Positions 25,539-33,485 of a stretch of DNA of 64,000 nucleotides are shown here, piece after piece (within the stretch, counting starts at the first letter, position 1; each line of letters opens with the position of its first letter). Source of the DNA: Thermomicrobiales bacterium (GTDB lineage: Bacteria > Chloroflexota > Chloroflexia > Thermomicrobiales > UBA6265); NCBI GenBank assembly GCA_965218235.1, contig OZ244595.1:806561-870560 (forward strand), in the 5' to 3' direction. The notes beneath the pieces are model-generated. The model searched no databases. It was not told the DNA's origin and saw only the letters and a list, made by a program, of their open reading frames with translations. The translations under genes were made by a program, and so were the position numbers.

Positions 25539-28247
25539 TCAACGGTCGTCGCGAACCTGATTGCCGGACATCGCCGCCCGGACCCGTTCCGGGGTAAATG
25601 GAACGGTCCGGAGGCGGGCGCCGGTGGCGGCAAAGATCGCGTTGCCGACGGCGGCGACCATCGGGCAGATCGCGCCCTCGCCGGCGCCGCATGACGGCTC
25701 GTCCGGCCGATCGATCAGGTCGATCGCGATCGCCGGGATGCCGGCGAAGCCGAGGATGGGGTAGCTGTCCCAGTCAAGTGCGGTGACGCGCGTCTCGTCC
25801 CAGGTCACCTCCTCGATCAGCGCCCGGCTGATTCCCTGGATGACGTTGCCCTCGATCTGGTTGCGGACGCCGTCCGGGTTCACGATTAGCCCGCAGTCAT
25901 GGGCGACGTAGACCCGGCTGACGCGGACGGCGCCGCTCGCCGGGACGACTTCGACCTCCGCGACGATGGCGACGTAGGCGTAGGCCGTTTCGTACCGGGC
26001 GAAGGCGACGCCGCGCCCGGTCAGCGCACCGTCGTCATTCGGCACTGGTCTGGCGGCATTCGACCCGGCGGGTCGTTGCTGCCAGCCGGCCAGCACGGCG
26101 GCCCGCTCGATCACGGCGATGGCGCGGGGATCGTCCAGGTGCCGGAGCCGGAACGCGACCGGGTCGGCCCCGGCGAGGGCGGCCAGCTCATCCATCGCCG
26201 TCTCGTTGGCGGTCGTGTTGGCGAGGCCACCGAGGCTGCGCAGGGCCGAGGGCCGCAGCGTTGGGTTCGTCACCCAGTGGGCGGTCAGCCGCTGGTTCGG
26301 GAAGCGGTAACTGGTCAGCGCGTTGCGGGTCCCACCGCCCCGGCCGAGCGGGGCGTAGGTGACCGGCGGCGACTTGAGCTGCGCGGCCAGCAGGTTGCCC
26401 GGCTGACCGCTGGGCCGGGTCGAGTGGGTCGGCGTCCAGACCTCGTAGGCCCAGGCGACGATGTCGTCGTCCGCACCGAGCCCGGTCCGGACCTCACAGA
26501 CCATCGCCGGCCCCTTGCCCTCCCAGGCGAACTCGCCCTGCCGCGACCAGATCACCCGGACGGGCCGTCCGACCGCCCGCGAGAGCAGGGCCGCGTCGGC
26601 CGCGACGTCGTCCGCCCCGTTGTGCCCGTAACAACCCGGTCCCTCCATATGGACGACGCGGACCGACGCTTCCGGCAGCCCGAGCACCGGCGCCAGCGCC
26701 TCTCGCAGCGAGAAGACGCCCTGCGACGCGCACCAGACCGTCGCGCCGTCCGGCCGGACATCGGCGACGGCGCAGGACGGCCCGATCGAGGCGTGGGCCT
26801 GCCACGGGTGCCGGTACGTCGCGGACAGGGTCTGCGTCGCCGCCGCGAAGCCCAGGTCGAGATCGCCGTCCGTCGCGATGTCCTGGTCGATGGTCGGTGC
26901 GTCGCGGATCGCGTCGAAGCGGTCGGCGAACGGCGGCAATCGGGCCGGCTCGGTCAACGTCGCCCGGAGCGCCTGGGCCGCGGCCAGCGCCTGGGCGTCC
27001 CGCTCGGCGACGACGCCGAGGAAGCTGCCGCTCCGGACCACGGCGACGATCCCTGGCAGGCCGTCGAGCGACGACTCGTCGACCGACACCAGCGTCGCGC
27101 CGACCCCGTCGATGGTCCGGACCATCGGCCGGATGACGCGGCCGTGGAGCATCCCGTCCAGCGTCAGGTCATGGACGTACGCTGCCCCGCCGGTCAGCTT
27201 GGCGAGCAGATCCACCCGCGGGACGGACTGCCCGACGACCTGATAGGCAGCCGGGTCCTTGAGCGTCACCTCGCCCGGCTCAACGATGGTCTGCCCGTCG
27301 ACGGGCGGATCACCGATCAGGTCGCCGTAGCCGATGCCAGGACCAAGCGAGGACGGATCGCGGATCACGCCGTCGGAGACGACCAGCCGATCGGACGGCT
27401 GATCGAGGCGCTGGGCGGCCCGGTCAAGCAGCGTTGTCCGGGCCCCGGCGGCGGCCCGCCGGAGGATGGGGCCAGCGCTCTGGATCGTCTTGCTGCCGGC
27501 CGTCGTTCCCTGATCCGGGGTCGTGGCGGTGTCGCCAGCGATCATCGTCAGGCAGTGGATTGGCAGATCGAGCTCCTCGGCGACGATCTGCGTCAGGGCG
27601 GTGCGGACCCCGGTCCCGAGCTCGACCTTGCCGGCCCGGATCGTGACGCGGCCGTCCGGGTGGAGCTCGATCAAGTCATTGAGCCGCTCGCCTGGTTCGC
27701 TCTCGGTCGCCGGTTCCGGTGTCGCGGGTGGGGTAAGGGACAACGCGGCGGCCGGGAGCGCCGCCGACAGTTTCGCCATCGCCCGGGCGGCGCGGCGGAC
27801 GGCCCGCATGATCCGGACGTGGGCGCCGCAGCGGCAGAGGTTGCCAGCGAGCGCGGCGTGGATCTCGGCGTTGGTCGGGTCGGGGGTCGTCGCGAGCAGC
27901 GCCGCGGTCGCGACGATCATGCCGGGGATGCAGTAGCCGCACTGGGCGGCCTGCTCATCGAGAAACGCCCGCTGGATCGGGTGAAGATCATTGCCGGGCG
28001 CGAGCCCTTCCAGCGTGGTGATCGCCGCCCCGGCCGCCTCCCGCACCGTCGTGACGCAGGACCGGATCGGCTCGCCGTCCCGCAGCACCGTGCAGACGCC
28101 GCACTGCGACAGCGCGCAGCCGATCTTCGCCCCATTGAGCCCGAGGTCGTTGCGCAGGGCGAGCAGCAGCAGGCTGTCCGGTTCGGCCGCGATGTCGTGG
28201 GTGTGGCCGTTGATGGTCAGAGTCATCGGGATTGTGGTTAGAGTCAT
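25539..28247 (-). CDS. Fused [2Fe-2S] small subunit and molybdopterin-binding large subunit of an IorA/IorB-type (aldehyde oxidase / xanthine dehydrogenase family) oxidoreductase
   Basis: The N-terminal ~155 aa carry both ferredoxin cluster motifs (GCALSQCGVCTV...SC and QCGYCIPG...CRCG). An Ala/Pro linker leads into IorB-like sequence (GKVELGTGVRTALTQIVAEELD...TPDQGTTAGS). No signal peptide. Confidence 0.8.
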   Translation of the reverse strand: MTLTTIPMTLTINGHTHDIAAEPDSLLLLALRNDLGLNGAKIGCALSQCGVCTVLRDGEPIRSCVTTVREAAGAAITTLEGLAPGNDLHPIQRAFLDEQAAQCGYCIPGMIVATAALLATTPDPTNAEIHAALAGNLCRCGAHVRIMRAVRRAARAMAKLSAALPAAALSLTPPATPEPATESEPGERLNDLIELHPDGRVTIRAGKVELGTGVRTALTQIVAEELDLPIHCLTMIAGDTATTPDQGTTAGSKTIQSAGPILRRAAAGARTTLLDRAAQRLDQPSDRLVVSDGVIRDPSSLGPGIGYGDLIGDPPVDGQTIVEPGEVTLKDPAAYQVVGQSVPRVDLLAKLTGGAAYVHDLTLDGMLHGRVIRPMVRTIDGVGATLVSVDESSLDGLPGIVAVVRSGSFLGVVAERDAQALAAAQALRATLTEPARLPPFADRFDAIRDAPTIDQDIATDGDLDLGFAAATQTLSATYRHPWQAHASIGPSCAVADVRPDGATVWCASQGVFSLREALAPVLGLPEASVRVVHMEGPGCYGHNGADDVAADAALLSRAVGRPVRVIWSRQGEFAWEGKGPAMVCEVRTGLGADDDIVAWAYEVWTPTHSTRPSGQPGNLLAAQLKSPPVTYAPLGRGGGTRNALTSYRFPNQRLTAHWVTNPTLRPSALRSLGGLANTTANETAMDELAALAGADPVAFRLRHLDDPRAIAVIERAAVLAGWQQRPAGSNAARPVPNDDGALTGRGVAFARYETAYAYVAIVAEVEVVPASGAVRVSRVYVAHDCGLIVNPDGVRNQIEGNVIQGISRALIEEVTWDETRVTALDWDSYPILGFAGIPAIAIDLIDRPDEPSCGAGEGAICPMVAAVGNAIFAATGARLRTVPFTPERVRAAMSGNQVRDDR

Positions 28248-28502
28248 GAAGAGTCTTTCAAGCGCGACAGATGTCGTCCGATTTGTGGTACAGGGTAGTT
28301 CGTTGCACGATACCTGCCGGTCGGGAGCTGGTGTCGTTGCGCTTTTCGATCACTGGAGAGGGTTTGTGCGGCGTTCATTCGCCTGAAAACTTCGACAGAT
28401 GGGAAGGAGCAGCTGATTCGAGTGTCGGAGTTGTGGCAAATCATGGGAAGATCACCTGTATGGCTCTGAATCTGGAGACGGCAAGAGAGGGCGGCCGGGA
28501 TC

Positions 28503-28691
28503 ATGGCGATGACGATCGATGCACGAGTCGAAGTCTGGAAACAGGAATTGCTCGAGTTGTCCAACCGCAATCCACTCCTGAGCATGAGTCGGTCGACAAC
28601 TCGCATGGCAACGCTCAGGATTACGGCTCCCTCAGCCGGTGAGATCTACGCCCACCTTGCCGACGGTGGGCGGCCGCTCATCCTGATGTGA
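28503..28691 (+). pseudogene. N-terminal DUF4011-like fragment of the large helicase gene, ended by an in-frame TGA
   Basis: MAMTIDARVEVWKQELLELSNRNPLLSM matches the usual N-terminus of DUF4011 helicases. It shares the frame of 28770..33395 and is separated from it only by TGA at 28689-28691. Confidence 0.65.
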
Positions 28692-28769
28692 ACCGAACCC
28701 TCGCTCCCGCTCGACCAAGAGGCATTCAGCGACCGCGCTGACCTGCAGGCCACACCGGACGATGACTTC

Positions 28770-31700
28770 GTGGTTGGCAAGCTCGACGGTGTGGCCAATT
28801 CGGATCCCGATCTCAGGACCGCGTCCAGCAAGCCGACGGACAAGCTTCCCGCAAAGGGCACTGTTCGGGTCGGTCTGTCCCCTGAGCGGGCAATCCATGT
28901 CAGCCGGGCAGTGCGGAAAAGAGCTCGAGAGTCGGAGCAGGAGCAGGGCATCAACACGCTGTTTGCGGCCTGCGGGACGTTGAAATGGCGTGAGTCCGCT
29001 ACGGGCAGTGGTTCCGACGCCTGGCGTTATGCCCCGCTGCTTCTCCTGCCGGTGCGAATCGAAGAGAATGTCCGGGCCGGCCGTCATACTCTGTTGGCGA
29101 CGGGCGACGACCCGGAATACAACCAGACACTAGCCGAGCGACTTCGCCGCGATTTTCGGATCGAGTTGCCCATCGACGTCGATGTCAGCGACGCGGACGA
29201 CATGGCCGGACTGGCGGCGATACTCCAGGCAGTTCGGTCGGCGGTCGCACTGATGCCGGACTGGGAGGTTCTGGACGAAGTAAATGTCGGGACGTTCAAG
29301 TTTCACAAGCTGCGGATGTTCCAGGATCTTGATGAGCACCGCGATGTCGCGATCCGTCACCCGATCGTGCAGGCACTTGCCGACCCAAACCGGACGGTCG
29401 CGGGCCTGCCGTCCGATGTGCCTCGCCCCGAGGATCTGGACCGGGTGGTCACACCGAAGCAGACCTTTAGTGTGCTGGACGCTGATGCGAGCCAGATGTG
29501 GGCGATCCAGGCGGCGAAACGGGGTAGCAACCTGATCGTTCAGGGGCCGCCGGGTACGGGCAAGAGCCAGACGATCGCGAATATCATCGCCGAATGCCTC
29601 GCGGCCAACAAGACGGTGCTCTTCGTCTCTGAGAAAGCCGCTGCAATCGAGGTCGTTCATCGTCGCCTGACCCAGCGCGGTCTGGGCGAGTTCTGCCTGA
29701 TGCTCCATAGCCAGAAATCGAATAAGCTCCAAATCGTTCGCGACCTTGCGGCGCGGCTCACTCCGGCGACGGTCGATGGTGACCCGCGACAGGAAGATCA
29801 TGATCTTGACCGGCTCGGGCAGGTTCGCGAGCGATTGAATGCCTACGCGACCTCGCTGCATCGGCGACACGAGCCGCTGGGCCGGTCAGCATTCGAAGTC
29901 CACGGCCTGCTCACAGCCCTCGACGACAACGGAGAACTTCCTGATCTCGTTGCCTCAATGCCTTCGGTCTCGATGCTGACATGGAGTGCTCTGGAAGGCT
30001 GGCAGACCATCGTTGGGGAAGCGGTTCGATCTGCACCAGTTCTGGCGGAAGGCGACCTTCACATCTGGGCGGGTTTTCGGCTCCGGGAGATCGGCTTTAC
30101 TGAGCGCTCGGAACTCACCCAGCTCCTGACTGATATGTCTGCGACGTTGAACGATACCGAAGGATCGGGCGCCCGGCTAGCGTCGACGCTCGGGATGCCT
30201 GCGCCCGAAACGATTCCGGCCGCCAGGGCACTTCGAGATCTGGCGGAAGCGATCCCGGTCGAGCGCGTCCTGCGTGCTGACTGGCTCGGGGCCGACCAGC
30301 ACGCCAGAGCGACGATGCTGTTGAACGAGGCGATGGAGCGGACCCGCTCGGCCACCGAGATGCGGACTGGATTGTTCTCGCGCTACGGTGACCGCATCCT
30401 GCGGGTCGCCACCCCGGAGACGATCGCGACCTATGAGACGGGGTGGTTCAGTCGCCTGTTCTCGGGGCCTCACCGTGGAGCCCGGGCTGCCGTTCGAGCT
30501 GCGTCGATCGACGCTAAGCAGCGATCGGTCACCAAGGAACTCGCCGATCTCCGTCGCGCAGCCGAACTCCATGGACAACTCGCCTGGTTCGGGGAGCAGG
30601 AGACTCCCCTCCGGACAGCACTCGGAGTCGATCTCGACCCAACGGGCATCGCGGACGCCGGCGCGCTCGCCGAGCGTCAGGCTGACCTCGCTGCCTCAGC
30701 CAGTCTCATCGACCGATATCGTCTCCGGTCCGTTCCGGCGTCGCTGGTCGCGGCGATCGGTCAGCCAGGCGCCGGAGTCCGTGTAGCGACGGCGCTTTCC
30801 GAATTGAACGACTGCATGACCCGACTTATTAGCCACCTCGCGGGATTGCAACGGTTCTTCGAACCGGAAACAATGGTGGTTCGAAGCGATACCACCATCG
30901 TCCCAATCGATCAGGGGACCGTTGGGCTCGGCCGGGAATGGCTAGAGGCGCGCCTCCAGCGGATGGACGACCTTGACGACTGGCTACGGGCGCAACGGGC
31001 GGCCGATGCCATCCGGGCCGCCGGTCTCACGGATGCCGTTGCTGAGCTCGAGCGCAAGGGCGTCGACACCGTCCGCTGGGTGGATACCCTCACCCGAACG
31101 GCCCTGCGGCGTTGGCTGGATTACGCCTATCGTCAGGACGGGATGCTCTCCCGCTTCAGCGGTGCCGACCACGAGCGGGACATCTCCGCGTTTCGGGATC
31201 TCGACCGCCGTCAGGTCGACTTCGCGGTGCGGCGCATCCGCCGTCGTCTAGCCACGGGCCAGCCCAACCTGAATGGGGCCGTGGGAGAGCCGGGCATTCT
31301 GCTCAAGGAGGCGAACAAGCGGCGCAACGTCAAGCCGCTGCGCTGGCTGTTCGCCCGGATCCCGACCCTGGTCCCGATCCTCAAGCCCTGTCTGATGATG
31401 AGTCCATTATCGGTTGCCCAGTTCCTGCCAGCCGACCAGTACCACTTCGATGTGATCATGTTCGATGAGGCATCGCAGGTTCGCCCGCACGACGCGATCG
31501 GCTCGATCATGCGGGGGACACAGCTCATCGTCGCCGGTGACGAGCAGCAGTTGCCCCCGACGAGTTTCTTCGACCGGTCCTCGACCGAGACTGAGGATGA
31601 TTCAGACGAAGATGACAGTCTTGCGGCGATGGAGAGTATCCTCGGCGCTTTGTCAGCCAAGCAGATGCCGACCGCGCCGCTGCTCTGGCACTACCGAAGC

Positions 31701-33395
31701 AGGCATGAGGACCTGATCGCCTTCTCCAACCACAACATCTACGACGGCCGGCTCATCACGTTCCCGTCCCCCAGCGCCGAGCGCGGACCGCGGGCCGGCG
31801 TGCGGCTGGAGTACGTCCCGGATGGCGTCTACGACGTAGGCATGGGCACATTTGGGGGCTCGTCGGACCGCTCCAATCCGGTCGAGGCCAAGCGGGTGGT
31901 CGAACTAGTGATGGCGCATGTCCGGGAGCGACCGGATGAGTCTCTGGGGGTCGTCGCCCTCAACGAGGATCACGCGCAAACAATCCAGTCGGCCCTTTTC
32001 GTCGCCCAGCAAGCCACCCCCGAGCTCCAGGAGTTCTTCCGTGAGGACCGCCCAGATCCGTTCTTCGTCAAGCCCCTGGAATTGATTCAAGGGGACGAGC
32101 GCGACGTGATCTTAATCAGCATCGGCTTCGGACGGAACGCGAAGGGGGTGCTGTCGCACAACTTTGGGCCGATCAACAACGAAGGCGGGGAGCGCCGCCT
32201 GAACGTGCTGGTCACCCGCGCGCGTGAACAGATCGTCGTTGTGTCATCCATTCGCGCCGGCGACATCGACCTGAACCGGACTCAGAAGCTTGGGCCGAAG
32301 CTGCTGCGCGACTATCTCGACTTCGCTGAGCGGGGCGCGGTCGCGTTGTCGCAGGCAACCCGAGGCGGTGATGGCGCGTTCGAGTCGCCATTCGAAGCTA
32401 GCGTTTGCGTGGCGCTTGAGTCGGCCGGCCATACCGTGCGCAGGCAGGTCGGCGCATCGTCGTTCCGGATTGACCTGGCGATCGTGGATCCTCGTCAGCC
32501 GGGGCGCTATCTGCTGGGCATCGAATGCGACGGCGCGACCTATCACTCGTCGAAGACTGCGCGAGACCGTGACCGGTTGCGGCAGGAGATCCTCGAGGGT
32601 CTGGGCTGGACGATCCATCGGGTCTGGTCGACCGACTGGATTAGGAACCCGCAGCGCGCACTGGCCAAGCTGACGGACCGCATCGAAGCTTTGCTCGCCC
32701 AACCAGTTGCGAAACGTCCCGTCCTTCGTGAGTTATCTCCGCCGCAGCCAACCGAGACCGTTATCCAGGCGGACAGTCCGACTCTGTCGTCAGGGAAGTC
32801 AATGGGTCGTCCCGGGACTGAAACGTTTGTGATCCCGACTGACCGCCCGCCGCTGCTGCCGCCATACCGAATGGCGCGGTTGACGACTCGCACCGGAGAA
32901 CTAACGGCTACACCGATCGCCCTGGTCGCGGAGGTCGTCATCGAGTGCGTCACGATCGAAGGGCCGATCCATCGCGAACTTCTGGGACGGCGGATCGCCG
33001 GAGTTTGGGGACATGGTCGTCAGGGCAACCGAATCGTCTCCCATCTGGACGCGGCGGTGGCGCTTGCCGTTCTACATGGGAACATCCGCCAGTTCGACGC
33101 GTTCCTATGGCCCACGACGAGTCTCGGTCTGGTCGCTCGCGGTCCGGCGATCGAAGGGGAGCCCCGGGCGATGGGGGTCATTGCCGGGGAGGAACTCGTT
33201 CTGGGTATGGTTGCGGTGCTCGGTCAGGCGCTGTCGCTTCCGGCCGACGAGCTAATTACCCAGACGACCCGTGCGTTCGGCTTTCAGCGCGTAGGAGCCG
33301 ACAACCGCGCTCGTCTTGTCGGAGTCCTTGGCGCCGCAGTTGCCAGCAAACAGATAGAGGCGGTCGGGGAGATGTATCGGCTGCCCAGAACGTAG
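28770..33395 (+). CDS. Large DUF4011 / Upf1-like SF1 helicase (AAA_11/AAA_12) / PD-(D/E)xK (DUF559-like) nuclease / DUF3320 protein; longest intact ORF from GTG 28770
   Basis: Walker A GPPGTGKSQT (~29544), FDEASQ (~31461), VAGDEQQLPPT, YRSRHE, VLVTRAREQ. Vsr/DUF559-like block FRIDLAIVDP...IECDGATYHSS..ARDRDRLRQ..LE.LGW.IHRVWSTDW (~32385..32660). DUF3320-like tail. Hand-counted lines inside the gene gave 48% and 53% G+C. Confidence 0.8.
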   Translation: MVGKLDGVANSDPDLRTASSKPTDKLPAKGTVRVGLSPERAIHVSRAVRKRARESEQEQGINTLFAACGTLKWRESATGSGSDAWRYAPLLLLPVRIEENVRAGRHTLLATGDDPEYNQTLAERLRRDFRIELPIDVDVSDADDMAGLAAILQAVRSAVALMPDWEVLDEVNVGTFKFHKLRMFQDLDEHRDVAIRHPIVQALADPNRTVAGLPSDVPRPEDLDRVVTPKQTFSVLDADASQMWAIQAAKRGSNLIVQGPPGTGKSQTIANIIAECLAANKTVLFVSEKAAAIEVVHRRLTQRGLGEFCLMLHSQKSNKLQIVRDLAARLTPATVDGDPRQEDHDLDRLGQVRERLNAYATSLHRRHEPLGRSAFEVHGLLTALDDNGELPDLVASMPSVSMLTWSALEGWQTIVGEAVRSAPVLAEGDLHIWAGFRLREIGFTERSELTQLLTDMSATLNDTEGSGARLASTLGMPAPETIPAARALRDLAEAIPVERVLRADWLGADQHARATMLLNEAMERTRSATEMRTGLFSRYGDRILRVATPETIATYETGWFSRLFSGPHRGARAAVRAASIDAKQRSVTKELADLRRAAELHGQLAWFGEQETPLRTALGVDLDPTGIADAGALAERQADLAASASLIDRYRLRSVPASLVAAIGQPGAGVRVATALSELNDCMTRLISHLAGLQRFFEPETMVVRSDTTIVPIDQGTVGLGREWLEARLQRMDDLDDWLRAQRAADAIRAAGLTDAVAELERKGVDTVRWVDTLTRTALRRWLDYAYRQDGMLSRFSGADHERDISAFRDLDRRQVDFAVRRIRRRLATGQPNLNGAVGEPGILLKEANKRRNVKPLRWLFARIPTLVPILKPCLMMSPLSVAQFLPADQYHFDVIMFDEASQVRPHDAIGSIMRGTQLIVAGDEQQLPPTSFFDRSSTETEDDSDEDDSLAAMESILGALSAKQMPTAPLLWHYRSRHEDLIAFSNHNIYDGRLITFPSPSAERGPRAGVRLEYVPDGVYDVGMGTFGGSSDRSNPVEAKRVVELVMAHVRERPDESLGVVALNEDHAQTIQSALFVAQQATPELQEFFREDRPDPFFVKPLELIQGDERDVILISIGFGRNAKGVLSHNFGPINNEGGERRLNVLVTRAREQIVVVSSIRAGDIDLNRTQKLGPKLLRDYLDFAERGAVALSQATRGGDGAFESPFEASVCVALESAGHTVRRQVGASSFRIDLAIVDPRQPGRYLLGIECDGATYHSSKTARDRDRLRQEILEGLGWTIHRVWSTDWIRNPQRALAKLTDRIEALLAQPVAKRPVLRELSPPQPTETVIQADSPTLSSGKSMGRPGTETFVIPTDRPPLLPPYRMARLTTRTGELTATPIALVAEVVIECVTIEGPIHRELLGRRIAGVWGHGRQGNRIVSHLDAAVALAVLHGNIRQFDAFLWPTTSLGLVARGPAIEGEPRAMGVIAGEELVLGMVAVLGQALSLPADELITQTTRAFGFQRVGADNRARLVGVLGAAVASKQIEAVGEMYRLPRT

Positions 33396-33416
33396 ATTCA
33401 CACACGATACCAAAAA

Positions 33417-33456
33417 GGCAGGGCCGAGAATGCTAAATCCCCGGCCCTGCCTTTCT
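33417..33456. terminator. Bidirectional rho-independent terminator
   Basis: AAAAA, then GGCAGGGCCG (33417-33426), a 15-nt loop, CGGCCCTGCC (33442-33451), then TTTCT. It lies between convergent genes. Confidence 0.75.
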
Positions 33457-33485
33457 GATGTCGCTTGGACTCCCGTCGATGGCCC

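Noticed and set aside
25899-28241. 780-aa + strand ORF, and similarly the 528-aa + strand ORF at 33465..35051.
   Set aside because: Both are antisense to the Ior-type oxidoreductase genes, which carry unmistakable Fe-S and molybdopterin-subunit motifs. No recognisable motifs or RBS.
28271-28642. 123-aa + strand ORF upstream of, and overlapping, the helicase N-terminal fragment.
   Set aside because: It is out of frame with the conserved DUF4011 N-terminus that occupies the same DNA. It has no RBS and no family resemblance.
28689-28691. The in-frame TGA in the helicase gene read as selenocysteine.
   Set aside because: There is no convincing SECIS-like hairpin in the 40-50 nt downstream. The family is not known to me to contain selenoproteins, and the position is not a redox motif.
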